Below, in pieces: positions 13,701-35,194 of a stretch of 64,000 nucleotides of DNA. The stretch's first letter is position 1. Each line of letters begins with the position of its first letter. The DNA comes from Leptogorgia sarmentosa (Eukaryota), in the NCBI GenBank assembly GCA_964658305.1, contig OZ210884.1, positions 7,812,001-7,876,000 on the forward strand. Reading direction: 5' to 3'. The position numbers and the translations under genes are program-made. The notes below the pieces were generated by a model. It was given only the letters and a program-made list of their open reading frames with translations, made no database searches and was not told where the DNA came from.

Positions 13701-13967
13701 ACCCGAACCCGCCCTGTCAACGTTCCGCCACTCTTGTGCATTGTACCATGCAGAAAAAGACCAGGATTTTCAATGTGTCACATGCACGCAGTACGATAAA
13801 GACGAATGTTCAGACAAAAAGAATATGAAAATCTATCATTTCGATCATATACCATTGATATACAAACGAGATAAAATACATAGTTATCTACTGAGATACT
13901 CACGGCGTGCCTTTTTGACGAAAAATCCAGCGATTACCAGGAAAATGTAAAACGGATAGGATGCCAT
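4723..13967 (-). CDS. Secreted mosaic protein SP-VWD-C8-EGF-VWD-C8-EGF-FA58C-EGF-FA58C-EGF (hemocytin/FCGBP/lactadherin-like domains)
   Basis: Phase-consistent exons: 13967-13904 (signal MASYPFYIFLVIAGFF), 13298-13029, 12462-11941, 11529-11416 (EGF), 11302-11036, 10198-9677, 9339-9226 (EGF), 9074-8764, 8165-8024, 7413-7300 (EGF), 7079-6760, 6152-6008, 5234-5118 (EGF), 4784-4723 (stop). Motifs: TGDPHYRTFDG x2, GLCGNF/YNG, DCEY/FDVC, WLQV/IDF...TQGR...WVKSY. First and last exons are less certain. Confidence 0.88.
5309..5775. mobile_element. Non-autonomous inverted-repeat element (MITE-like)
   Basis: Terminal inverted repeats TATTTAACAATTAGA...TCTAATTGTTAAATA with an internal long hairpin (about 5666-5775). 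Related fragments near 8470-8545 and 39424. Confidence 0.6.
5914..5996 (-). repeat. Internal fragment of the same repeat family as 62742-62978
   Basis: Reverse complement of about 62846-62927 (ACCGTCGGTAAAAGCAGGAAAAGGTGTTTGGTCGG versus CCGACTAAACACCTTTTTCCTTGTTTTACCGACGGT). Confidence 0.75.
6517..6737. mobile_element. Tc1/mariner-type MITE
   Basis: CAAAGGTTGTCCCAAAAAA...TTTTTTGGGGACACCCTG-TA termini. The same TIR type (TACAGGGTGTCCCAAAAAA) occurs at about 62356. Confidence 0.55.
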
Positions 13968-15743
13968 TTCTCTGTGCCTAAACGATGTAAGATATAGAGC
14001 AGGAGCATTACTTCTTTGACATGACGATCATTAAATATGTACAATCAAAGTAAAAGTAAAACGAGATTTATAGTCATAGCTTTCACTTACCAAGTTCGAT
14101 GCTGCTCGGATACCTGAAACGACGCACTAGAAAATTTGTAAGGAAAGTGCGTATTTATACGAAAGATGAAACAATATTTGAAAATTTTCAGTCAACAAAA
14201 ACTAAATTTAATTATACAAAGATTGCTTACTTTCCCTTTCTCATTTCCTCGTGTTTACCTACTTGTTCATTTGTACAGGCATTATCCATAATTAGTTTTT
14301 AAAATATATTTTTCATCTTATATTATGATGCGGCGAACTATAGCTATAACCGTTACTTTATTTTATAAAGCAAGTTAATTTTTCAGCGGAAACATAAGTC
14401 ACATAACTGATAGAAAACTGCTTATATATGGTACAGGAATTTTCGAGATTAAAACTAGAAATCTACGAAAGTTGTTTTCAAACAGAATTCTCCACAATTT
14501 TACCGAAATGTATCCGACGTATACTATTTGGAATAGAAAGTTTTCTAACGGCCCGCTTATAAACTTGCAATTCTTGCTGCGATTTTCTGCTTATGAAAGA
14601 TGTGAGTATATAACTTAATTTGCTGCACTTTTACTGTAAATTATATATAGCGGTACTTCGGTATTTCCGTACAAGAAATTTATTAGTACTTTCCAAAACA
14701 ATTTTGGAGAATTTGAAAATCTTTCCATAATCAGAATTTTCCTTTGACTTTTGTTTTAATTAAAACAAATTGTAAAAACGTAAGATTAAAAAGCAATCAT
14801 TCGCGCAAAATTGGTTTTCGTCCCAATTGAAATCGTCATAAAACAGAATTAAACAAAGCTAGGCTTGTTTGCCAAACATACATACTATGCACTTTGTTAT
14901 TAATAATTTCTTAAATAGAGAGAATTATATTTACATTTTGTAAAAGGCGCGACAGCGGTCATGATTAATAACCGTGCTAATTAATTTCGGAAGAAATTGA
15001 CAAAAAGTGAATTGACACTTATTTTGGGCACAAATTACTTTAAAATTACGTTCTCCATATATGTTTTATAGATATGATATATTACAAAATGGATAAATTA
15101 TTTGAAAGATTTTTTAAAATGTCTTAAAATTGGATGGATAGGTTTGTAAATTAAAAAGGCTTGAAAAAAAAATAAAACAAATAATACCTACCTACATGAC
15201 TGTTTAATAACACACTACAAATACTCAGAAAATTGTACTGCTCGCTGATTGGCCAAGCCTACCTTGCATTGGAATATCACGCAATAATCACCTATAATAC
15301 TATAATGGCCGCCAGATTTGCCTTTCTCTATGACGAAATTAAAAAAATAATGTCCCTCTAAAGAAATGTCCCTTGGTGTTAAACTTTTTCAAGGTAATAT
15401 CCCCATTGTATAATTGAATTGGTCATTGTTTTGTCTAAAAAGCACTGTAATTTTAACAAGTGCGAAAAATGCGAACCAGACGTTCGCAATGCCAATGAAA
15501 ATGTTTACAATTTTCATATTGATATTTTTTACAACAAACTGGTTTCAACAACAACCCAAGTTCCAAGAAATGGATGTAAAGGGAATGAAGAAATGCCTAT
15601 CAAAATTCCACATAATATCAACACACGAAAAAATCATCATAGATAGTTTACTCAGTACACGTTTCTCAAGATCTAGACAAAACCAACAACTAAGATTGGA
15701 CATATTGAAATATAAGTATAAACGTTCACTGGCTAAAAGTAAT

Positions 15744-15892
15744 CGTAGCCAGCCCGACAATTTGGTCATGCTATATGCAAATTTCACATAATTATCATTA
15801 TTCATTTCTTTAGAAATCTATTGTTTTTACGGTCTATAGCTATGAACATAGCAAAATTTGCATAGCATGACCAAATTGTCGGGCTGGCTACG
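15744..15892. mobile_element. MITE with long TIRs
   Basis: CGTAGCCAGCCCGACAATTTGGTCATGCTAT...ATAGCATGACCAAATTGTCGGGCTGGCTACG. A degenerate relative lies at 22619-22776. Confidence 0.8.
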
Positions 15893-16014
15893 CTTTTATT
15901 CATTTCATATAAATGACTCTTTGGCTCACTTTGTGTTCAATTATATGTATTACTGTGTATTTTTGCGTTTTAGATAATTATTGTGTATAAGGACATGTTC
16001 AATTCGCTGGCAAT

Positions 16015-16220
16015 TGGCCATTTCCCAACCGAGCAAAGGACTGGGTCTAGTTCATGTTTGGAGGGACGACAAGTTATGTGAGCAAGTTATATTTTTAAAT
16101 ATATATATTTTAAAATGCCTCAATTATAATTTATGCATTTAGACTGCACAAAGAACTTTAGGGAGTTAGGAAAACTTCTGGCGACTAGGCCCAGTCCCCT
16201 GCTCGATTGGGAAATGGCTA
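16015..16220. mobile_element. MITE
   Basis: TGGCCATTTCCCAACCGAGCAAAGGACTGGGTCTAGT...ACTAGGCCCAGTCCCCTGCTCGATTGGGAAATGGCTA inverted termini. Confidence 0.75.
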
Positions 16221-16665
16221 AAAAAGTCGTATTTTTGTATCTACAGTACCTACACACTATTTTACCATTGCAGTAAGAATATCTACATGAATAAATCTGA
16301 CATGTGAAATTTTAATATAATCTTCATACATTTCATGTACGAAATTACATGAACGACGATAACATTTTTCGTAAGAGATGTTAGTCATGTTACTGTTCAG
16401 TATTACATCTAATGGATAAAATAGTAAACTAGACGGCAATTTTTATCTAAACACACTCGGTTGTATGTGAATTAAACTGAACATTGTGAATAAAATAGTT
16501 TGAAGCGATGTTTCCAAGTGCAGTATGTCCAACTACAATTTCCCCCCAATATATGAATTAAATCCATCTATAACATAAACAAATTCCACCCAGTGCGTGG
16601 TATAGGACTTTGTGTTATTCCTGACCACTGGATAATTATACATTCCATGTGCGTGTGGTTTTCTT

Positions 16666-19600
16666 TTAAAAGTTCCCATTGATGTGTAATTTTTTCTCTG
16701 ACTCTGTGTTGATTCTTTTGTCTTTTGCGAAATACTGGAAATGTTCAAAGCACTCCAGACGATACAACGCATATTCCTGCAAACAATGTATAAGTTAAAA
16801 AAGATGTCTTGCTTAATCACTTGTGATTAATATAAATATATTTATATTCAATAATTCTAGATAGCATTTTAATCACTTGTTTTTTATACACTTTTATTTT
16901 CCATAATAAGTCTACTAGAAACTTGAAAACAAAGTATATAAATTATATATGATAAATATAGAGAGCGTACCAGATATCCAAAGTCTATCGTCGATTTATA
17001 ACTTTGAAGAATGGAGAACATCGCCCAAAAGAAGTGAGAAAGTAACGACAACCTAAAACAATTAGTGTAAAATAATACAAAATAACTTGCATGAATGTGT
17101 ATCACACCACTATTCCGAGAATTCCATGAGGTGATATTTGAGGGCGAATCAACTCATCACACATGAATATTGCACAGAACAATTCAAAAACACGGGCCAA
17201 GATGCTGAGTGCGTAACACAGAGAAAAGAAATCTACCTGTCTGCTTCAAGAATGACTTTCTCAATTTCCTCTTCAGTGACGCGATCCGTTTCTTTGAATG
17301 CTTGCAGATACGTACGAACGAAGAAGACCTGGAATGGGTTAAGTATTTATTTATTACTTTACTTATTTATTTATCAATTTATTTACTTACGTATTCATTT
17401 ATTTATTTATTTCTCTATTTATTTATTTATTTTTTTACTTATTTATTCATTTATTTACTTTTTAAATTATTTATTCACCTACTTATTTATTTACTCATTT
17501 ATTTATTTATTCAGCGTGAGTAAAAGTGACAACATAAATATCTTTACCTTCTTGTCGTGAGATGGATATTTGGTCATATCTCCAAGGAAATAAGGATAGT
17601 GTGAGTAGTTATAATCGCTTACCCACTCAGCGAAATGATTCCCAATGTCAAAACCTCTAAGCGAAATATTAAACACTTTTCATTAAATTTAGGTTACTTT
17701 CCATATAACCATAGGCTTAGGGCTACATGTATGATTGGCTTAAGGGTCAGGTTTAGAGAATGATTAAGTTACTGATAAATATGGAAATTAAACGTTGTCT
17801 TACTACCTGTAATTGTAACAGGAATATTCAAAATCAATGACTCGAACTTCTGCCACGTCAAGACTTTCAAATTTCTTCACCAAAAGATTGCCTACAATAC
17901 AATTGTCTAGATTAACATGCATTATAGTATACTGTACAGTACTGGAAATTTCAAGCATTTTTCTCAACCCTAATGAAATGGTCATAACACGGGTTTAAAA
18001 AGTGTTTTTTTTCATATAAGAATAATTATGAAACAAAACGCAAAATTACGTAAAGCACATCATGAATACTGCTATACGAACATACCTGGCTGCACGTCAT
18101 TGTGACAAAACAAGATTGGTGAATTGCTGTTCTCTGCAACTTGTCTGTAAATGAATGTATCCAGATATTAAAGATAACAAATGACTTGCGGTTTAGACTA
18201 AATTTTAATCAAAGCAAAAAGAACAAAATCTTTCACCACAACTAGAAAGAGCATCTTGGAATTAGTAACAATGCAAATTTTGGTTGCAAAATATGTAAAA
18301 ATATGGCATGCAGCTAAATCAGTTGTCAATTTTCGCATGTAACACGAAAATGTGTTACTGACAGTAAGTTTTCTTGTCAACCACAATAAAAAGTCTACTT
18401 GACATATTTGAGGCAACTGTCCAAATCAAATCTGTTTAAGATTTCTTCCATCTGTTTGACCTTAGCAAGATCAGTAAACTCAAGTCCTTTTATCTCCTGG
18501 ACAAACCTATAATAATTTAAAGCAATAAAAACAATGAATCATTGAAACTATTGTTTCCTTATTATGAGCTGATAAACCTAAAATAAAAATGCTATGTTGT
18601 GTCTACTTCATGAGTTTCCTACCAAATCCTATTACAGCCTATTTATATTTACAGAAGGGTCGTTCAAGTACCATATTGGTGCCAAATGTTTGCCAATTGT
18701 TTATCTACTTGTGAGTGCCTTCCTAATGCAGAACCTTTTTAATTGTTGCCTAGATATATCTACATGTATACACCAGACAAAACCATTTTTAGAATAGATA
18801 GATCTTAGATATTGGATCATAAAATTTGATTCTCAAACTCCAGTGATTCTCAGCTCCAATTTAGGTGTGATTTTCTCTTTTTGAACAATGTGAAGGAGTT
18901 GACCAATTATAAATCTCACAATTTTGATAAGTAATCTACTCCTTCACATTGTTCGAAAGCAGGTAATTGCACATAAAATCAGTGGGTTTTTTATCATAGA
19001 ATTGGGTGGAGTACAGTACAGTAAACTGTATTCTGCAAATTTCAGGATTGCTATTAAAAACCAACAATTCTAACTTTTCAAGTGAGTCAAGAAACCAGCT
19101 CCCCTCCTTTGATAGTGGTAACGTCAGTTTGTGAAAAGCAGCAACATGTCTTGCAATTTGTTGAGATATTTGAGGCAGCTGAACTTCAGTACTTGTTAAT
19201 GATCTCATCTGGAAAATGCAAGTTATTTGAAACAATTTGTAATATTTCCATTGACTGTATGTTAGGCACCAGCTATCACTGACAATAACTGTGGTACTCA
19301 CATCTGGTATAAACTGTATCACTGACAATAACTGTGGTACTCACATCTGGTATAAACTGCTCCAGCCTACCCTCAGGGAATATCCCATAAAGACCAGGGC
19401 CCATATTTTTCTCTGCCAACAGACCACATATAATACATTCCTCCATCATCCTGACAGTGCTATCTGACATATCATTGTAGAATGCTCCATAGAGACGAAG
19501 CAGGACTTTGTCTATGGCTTCAGGGTTGCTTTTAGTATCGATAGATGGTAAAGAACACAGAAACAGATGATTGGTCAAACCACCACTAGAGAAAAGATTT

Positions 19601-20346
19601 AATTATAATTATTTTAATTTATTTTGATTGCTTGAAAATTTAAATTACTATAGTCTTTTTTATGCCCTTTACATTTACAAACAGTAATTTGGTATTCTTA
19701 CAAAATTCTTTTAATGGTCATTCCAAAAAAGATCTAGACACACCTTACCCCATGGAGGAAATTGAAAATATTTTTCCCCTCTCCACTTTTTAGACATTTT
19801 TCCTCCTACCCCCCCCCCCCCCCCCCCCCCCCCTTCCCTGGGTGGTAGAGGATGTTATCAGTAGGTGGGGTATGGATGTTTTTGGAAGGACCCCAGTGGA
19901 AGGATTTACAGGATTCCAGTGCATGAGACAGAGGCCTTTGGGCGCAGTGGAAAATACTTTGTCGTTGATGACTCTGACTGGAAGTTTTAAAAATTACTCA
20001 CCCAAGATTTAAAAATTTACTACTAAATAACTAGCAAGACTGTGAATTGTGCACAATGTAAATTGCACAGTACAACTTCTAAGCAATTTCTCAATATTTC
20101 ATGGAAATATTATTTCATTCTGGTCTGAAAATATCAATTTTCAATACAATATGTACAGGTTTGTTAAAATTAAGCACATGGTTTAGTCCACGATTTACAC
20201 CTCATATTATCATTGCAAATTTGCAATCACAACACTTACTGAACACGTTCTATTTGAAACTTTGTTAAAGACGTATTCTTCCATTCTCCTCCAAGATATT
20301 TACGACATAAATTATAGCCAAACTCTTTTATTTTTGGTTCGACCAT
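16666..20346 (-). CDS. Choline/ethanolamine kinase
   Basis: Exons 20346-20240, 19585-19345, 19208-19075, 18506-18399, 18144-18086, 17891-17807, 17656-17548, 17328-17237, 17052-16971, 16776-16666 join in frame. Motifs: GGLTNHLF, VLLRLYG, GPGLYGIFPEGRLEQFI, Brenner motif FCHNDVQPGNLL, choline-kinase motif [31 protein letters not shown]. Confidence 0.93.
17345..17511. repeat. Degenerate (TTTA)n microsatellite in a kinase intron
   Basis: Direct observation of ATTT/ACTT/ATTC tetramer runs. Confidence 0.9.
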
Positions 20347-20942
20347 ATTTCTTGAAACTAAATACTGTTTCAAACTATGGAGTACTTTGTTGAGAAACAT
20401 TGAATACAGCCACCAGCTTCGCTGAACATAATTTGCATTCGTCTTTTACCAGAACGTTTTACGTTTTCAACAAAACAGCCAGAAAAGTTTCGAAATTTGT
20501 AACTTTACGTAGTTTCAGCTTTTTGTACCACACGAATGTGTTCCATCACGGGTCAGTACAAAGTTCGATGTTCGATTATTGTTTCGCGTGATGTTGTTAT
20601 TTGATCCAAATATTCGAATCATTGTTATTCCATTCATGGTGGTCGTACCACGATGTTGTGCAAGAGGCAGGCCAGCAGGGGGGGGTGCTTGAGGTGACTG
20701 TGTGGGGGGAGAAGACGACGGAGTCTGCATAGGTTTTCTGATAAATATTCCCCCATCATCATGATCACCTGATGATGACTATAAATGTTGTCTATTTCCG
20801 AAGTATCTATTGTTTTGTATCAAAATTATAGGGTCACAAAACATACTCAGTAGTAGTTCCCATAATTAAAGGTTAAATGAAGTACCGAACGTAAAAGTAC
20901 TTTGCCCGCTGACTGTGAAAAGGAGCGGTTACCAATGCTTCG

Positions 20943-20951
20943 TTCTCTTTT
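20943..20951 (+). promoter_or_regulatory. Candidate 5'TOP/TCT initiator of RPL27A
   Basis: Pyrimidine tract TTCTCTTTT about 20 nt upstream of an ATG-only first coding exon (ATG 20966-20968 followed by GTGAGT), typical of ribosomal protein genes. Confidence 0.55.
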
Positions 20952-20965
20952 ATCACCTTGGTAAG

Positions 20966-23178
<2,213 letters not shown>

Positions 23179-23827
23179 CTCTGAAAAGACTGAAATACAT
23201 AATGTTCAAATTTTCATGTCGGCAGAGCCTGTGTGCTTGTAGCATAACTCTGAAATAAATAATGGTTCAAATTTTCATTGTGTGCTTTTGATTTTTATTT
23301 GTTGTAGTTGTGCTCATGTGCCGAAATCTAATGTTCATATTGAGTGCCGAGTTCTTCGTTTGAGCTCATTTGAATTCAAACTCGTACCCAGAGCAACGCC
23401 TGTTCGCGGGTTGCTCTGGGTACGAGACTGATTTGCATTAAGTTCGGCACATGAAAAGTTGGACGTTTGAACTGGGCCTAAGAGGAACAAACTGAGCAAG
23501 TGGTTTACAATATGTCGCCTGGGAATGCAGTTTTTCATGAGAAATAAAATTGAGAACACAGAAAATTATTTGTCATATCCATTGGAAAAATGACGCATTG
23601 AGATAAAAATCGTGTGCACAATCAATAAAAATCATGTGGAAAATATATTGTATCTTATCCCGTTACATTATCCTCTGAAGTTCAATAAAACCTACTTTAC
23701 CGTAAGTGACAAAATAGCCTTGAGCGAGATCTCGTCTCCAATCGAGACCTCAATGTGCAGGTTCAAGCCCAGTTTACACAAGCAAATTTTATGTGGCAAT
23801 TTTCATTTGTCACAAAAGCTAACACGC

Positions 23828-24057
23828 CAGGGGTCGGTTGTATCTAAGGCGTTTAGCTTAAACAATGGATAAGTCAAAAATATCAAACGAAATTATGAAC
23901 TACAGACTACAAGGAAACTAAACTTTCCTGTCTAAACATAACAACTATGCATAGAACTACACATTAAGTTGATAAAATTTGAGTTCAATTATTTACAAAC
24001 TGAATAGAAGTGTTTTTAAAATTTTGCTTATCCACTGTTTAAGCTAACCGGCCCCAG
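23828..24057. mobile_element. MITE
   Basis: GGGGTCGGTT...TTAGCTTAAACAATGGATAAG / CTTATCCACTGTTTAAGCTAACCGGCCCC inverted ends. A half copy lies near 4990-5037. Confidence 0.65.
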
Positions 24058-24254
24058 CTTTTCAAAAAATGCATTTGCCACACAAAATTTACCCAATTGT
24101 ATACAAGGGTAAATAAAAATTGTCACATGCAAAATTGCTGACGTAGAAAGTGCTTCAGGCGAATGCTAATTGTATGTTCTTCACACTAAAAATAATTTCG
24201 AAGTGAGCTTCGAATGCTATTACTATAATGAAAACCACCACGTGAAAAGAGGGT

Positions 24255-31247
<6,993 letters not shown>

Positions 31248-33004
31248 CTTAGCGCTGTTTGACCGCGCTGACACGAAGATACAAACGCAAGCTTCCAAAA
31301 TGGCGCTTTTGTTTCCTCAGCGGGCTATCACACCTGCAGCTGACAGTCGAAAGGAAAATTGAAGAAATTAAATATAACTACCAAACATATCATCAAACAT
31401 ATATTGATCTCTGTTTTGAACAAAATTCAATCAATTTCTCAAACGTGAACTCTATGAATAAAAGGAAATCTTTGTTCAAAAATATTGGTATTTGAATGTT
31501 TCAGTTGGACTTGCCTTGTTAAGCCGGTTCAAGTTAGGTCATGTATGACGAGCTTCAGCAAGTATTAGGATTAGGTCATCAAGACATGATGAGACAAATT
31601 CAATCTTGACACATGTCATTCTTTTGCTGTCTGCTTCTGTCAACAATATTTAATCTGTGGTTTAATATAAGCTCGTCTCTTAGGCCCCGTCCACACGTAT
31701 CCGGATACTTCTGAAATCTGAAAACCGAAAACGGAGGCTTTTTCCTCCATTTTGGCGTTGCGTCCACACGTATTCGGCGTTTTCGGCAACAAAACGGAGG
31801 TTTTCAAAAACGCTCTCCGTACCAGAGTGGAGGTAGGGGGAGGAGAAGGTCAGAAGGATAAAAAAAAGAAATTGAGTCTTGTGCGAGTGGAAGCACTGTC
31901 GTTGGACCTGAGATTTTTAACCAATCACAAGTGAGGCGGGAAAATTTGAGCAAGACTGCCCTTCTTATCCAAAATATTTCAGGATGGCCGTTGTTGACAT
32001 TGTATTCTGTCAGCCAGAAGGCGTCTAATTCCCTCAAAACGCAAGAAAACATCCTGAAAGTCATTTGAAACGCTTCTTCGAACGAAGGCAAGTATATTTA
32101 TGTATTTTAATTCGCTGTTGTGCTGTTTCTTTTTTACTTTAGAGCGAAAAGTTTCGAGTTGAAATACGTCGGTTAGTCAAGCTTGCGACATCTTGCGACT
32201 TGGGTTTTCTTCGCTTTTCGCCGCTGTTAGAGTCTAAAACAAAGCTCAAAGGACTTCAGAACATTTTTAAAAGAATTCTGGTTTAGGTTTAAGCAAAATT
32301 TTGAGGTAAAAACATGAAAACAGCGCATTTTTGGCACGACTTTGAAGCTACAAGTTCCGACGAACCATTTTGTTGTTGTCGTTAACTTCATTGAGAATTT
32401 TCGCTTTGGATTTCAATTCCCTTGAGACTTTAAGTTTATTTCAACAATTTTTATTCACTGTGAACTCAAATTAAGTTGTTTTTTAAAGTTTTACAAGTCA
32501 AAAACGACCGGGAGCCTCGCGGCTTGATTGACCGTCTTTCTTGTATTGAATGGCGTCCTTTCAGAGTTAAAAATATACTTTTCGCTTTGACAGTTTACAT
32601 TTTTCTATATTTTTAGATTGAAGATACTTGCTAATGAATACAGACGAATATTTTCAAACATCTTTCAAACTGAGAAAGACATACAGAGACAACAAAACGA
32701 AAATTATGGCACTTCCTTCGTGAAGTTTGCAAATATTTCCAACCAAACCTTTACTACATAGGAAAAGACAGCGATTCGTCGCACATTTAAAGCTCCAGTG
32801 ACCAAACAATCAACACAACATGAATGTAAGTGTTTTTTACAGCCTGAGAAAAATCAATATTAATTATCAATTAATTAATTGAATATCAATTAATTTATTA
32901 ATTATCTATTAATTCATTAATTATCAATTAATTTATTAATTATCAATTAATTTATTAATTATCAATGCGATACAATGACAATGCGATACAATGACAATGC
33001 GATG

Positions 33005-34200
33005 GTCTACTTTAACAACACGAGCAAGACTAATTATTCTGTCTGGTGTAAAATAAACTAGTGTGAGTCTAGTTTAACACGAGCAGGACTGATTATTCTG
33101 TCTGGTGCAAAATTTAACTGTCTATCTGGTGTAAGATAAACTCAATTCGGTCTGGTTTAACACGAGCAGGATTGATTATTCTGTCTGGTGCAAATTAAAC
33201 TAGTGTGAGTCTGGTTTAACACGAGCAGGACTAATGATTCTGTCTGGTGTAAAATAAACTAACTTATGTCTAGTTTAACGCCAGGAATACTAATTGTTCT
33301 GTCTGGTGTAAAATAAACTAGTGTTGGTCTAGTTTAACACGAGCAACAATAATTATTCGGTCTGGTGTAAAATAAACTAGTGTGAGTCTGGTTTAACACG
33401 AACAGGACTGATTATTCTGTCTGGTGCAAAATAAACTATCTTAGGTCTGGTTTAACACGAGCAGGATTGATTATTCTGTCTGGTGCAAATTAAACTAGTG
33501 TGAGTCTGGTTTAACACGAGCAGGACTAATGATTCTGTCTGGTGTAAAATAAACTGGTGTTGGTCTAGTTTAACACGAGCAAGAATAATTATTTTGTCTG
33601 GTGCAAAATAAACTAACTTTGGTCTAGTTTAACACGAGGAAGACTAATTATTCTGTCTGGTGTAAAATAAACTAACTTAGGTCTAGTTTAACACGAGGAA
33701 GACTAATTATTCTGTCTGGTGTAAAATAAACTAGTGTGAGTCTGGCTTAACACGACCAGGACTAATTATTCTGTCTGGTGTAAAATAAACTAGTGCATGT
33801 GAGTATAGTTTAACACGAGCAGGACTGATTATTCTGTCTGGTGCAAAATAAACTAACTTAAGTCTAGTTTAACACGAGGAAGACTAATTATTCTGTCTGG
33901 TGTAAAATAAACTAGTGTGAGTCTGGTTTAACACGAGCAGGACTAATTATTCTGTCTGGTGCAAAATAAACTAACTTAGGTCTAGTTTAACACGAGGAAT
34001 ACTAGTTATTCTGTCTGGTGTAAAATAAACTAGTGTGAGTCTGGTTTAACACGAGCAGGACTAATTATTCTGTCTGGTGCAAGATAAACTAACTTAGGTC
34101 TAGTTTAACACGAGGAATACTAGTATTCTGTCTGGTGTAAAATAAACTGGTGTTGGTCTAGTTTAACACGAGCAAGACTAATTATTCTGTCTGGTGCAAA
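33005..34200. repeat. Tandem array of ~59-bp units (~20 copies), each with two palindromic centres
   Basis: Consensus GTCTAGTTTAACACGAGCAGGACTAATTATTCTGTCTGGTGTAAAATAAACTAGTGTGA, with a variable ~7-nt segment (AGTGTGA/AACTTAG/AGTGTTG). Ends at a MITE-type terminus AGACCCTGGGAACGAGGTTG. Confidence 0.95.
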
Positions 34201-35194
34201 ATTCAAGACCCTGGGAACGAGGTTGGAACACAGGTTTTTCACCTTTTTCGGGTGGAGAGAACCTGCTATCAGATTGAACAAAGAAAATAAATCAGTTGCA
34301 ATGTTTTCGTCAGAAATTCATTTTGTCTCCCCACACTCTCTACTCTACAATTCTACAATAAAATTACATTGCTTACAATTAAAATTGTTAAAATTCAAGG
34401 CAATATAGGATATCTATTGACAATAATAATATAGTGTACATTATTTCGCGCATATCATTGTATAGTTAATTTTCTTGGCGCTGAATGGCTAAAAACGTTC
34501 AAGAACTGTGTGAAATAAACATTAAATACACACGTGAATGCTTTTCGAGTATTCGTAGACGTTTTCTATTACGATTTTCGTAAAGTATTGTGCTACTACT
34601 AGTCACAAAACCTAAGAAAACGCTATTATGCATAAGGTCTATTAAAAACAGTTCCAATTCCCGCAATAAACTTAAGTTGCATTTTTTTATAAACAATCGA
34701 AATGTACTGAATGTACCACAATGATATTATAGGAAATTACACTTGTTCTGGAAGTATTAAAGAAAAATTACACTTGTTTTTGCCGAGCATTTCGTTTGCC
34801 AAGTATTTCGCCAAACACGCATGCATTTTTTCATTGAAACTTCTCGAACCGTGTAATTTCCAATACTATAAAGATCAATTGTCACTTTTAAATATTTGCC
34901 ACACTTGTATGGGCGACTATTTTCTAACTGAATGAAAGAAACACTTGGCATTGCCCGCATTATACTCAGGATCGTTGGGTTTTGGTTGATTTTATCATGC
35001 AACTAAGATGATAACTGATATTTTACATGCGTACAACCACACATATGCCTATTTTGCCCCCGGCTAATCTAATCTGAAAATGTAGTAGATGGTTACCCCT
35101 TCTCACCACACAATTCAACACTATTTCTAAGGAATTTTGAGACTATATACATACATTGTGTTTAAAATATGCTTGAAAGACTTTGAAAGACTTA

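Noticed and set aside
15414..15805. Overlapping ORFs of 75-125 aa
   Set aside because: No recognisable motif; partly MITE sequence.
17138..17560. Hydrophobic 140-aa and 104-aa ORFs
   Set aside because: Artefact of the (TTTA)n microsatellite antisense to kinase exons.
31248..31298. N-terminal extension of the TRIM ORF in the track
   Set aside because: Begins at TTG; the first ATG is at 31247.
33005..34200. CRISPR-like repeat-spacer array or tandem ribozyme
   Set aside because: Variable parts are only about 7 nt and recur, there are no cas genes, and the context is eukaryotic. No hammerhead core (CUGANGA...GAAA) or twister pseudoknot could be fitted by eye.
34499..35002. Short minus-strand ORFs downstream of the BMAL-like stop
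   Set aside because: No motif or consistent exon chain; probably 3'UTR.
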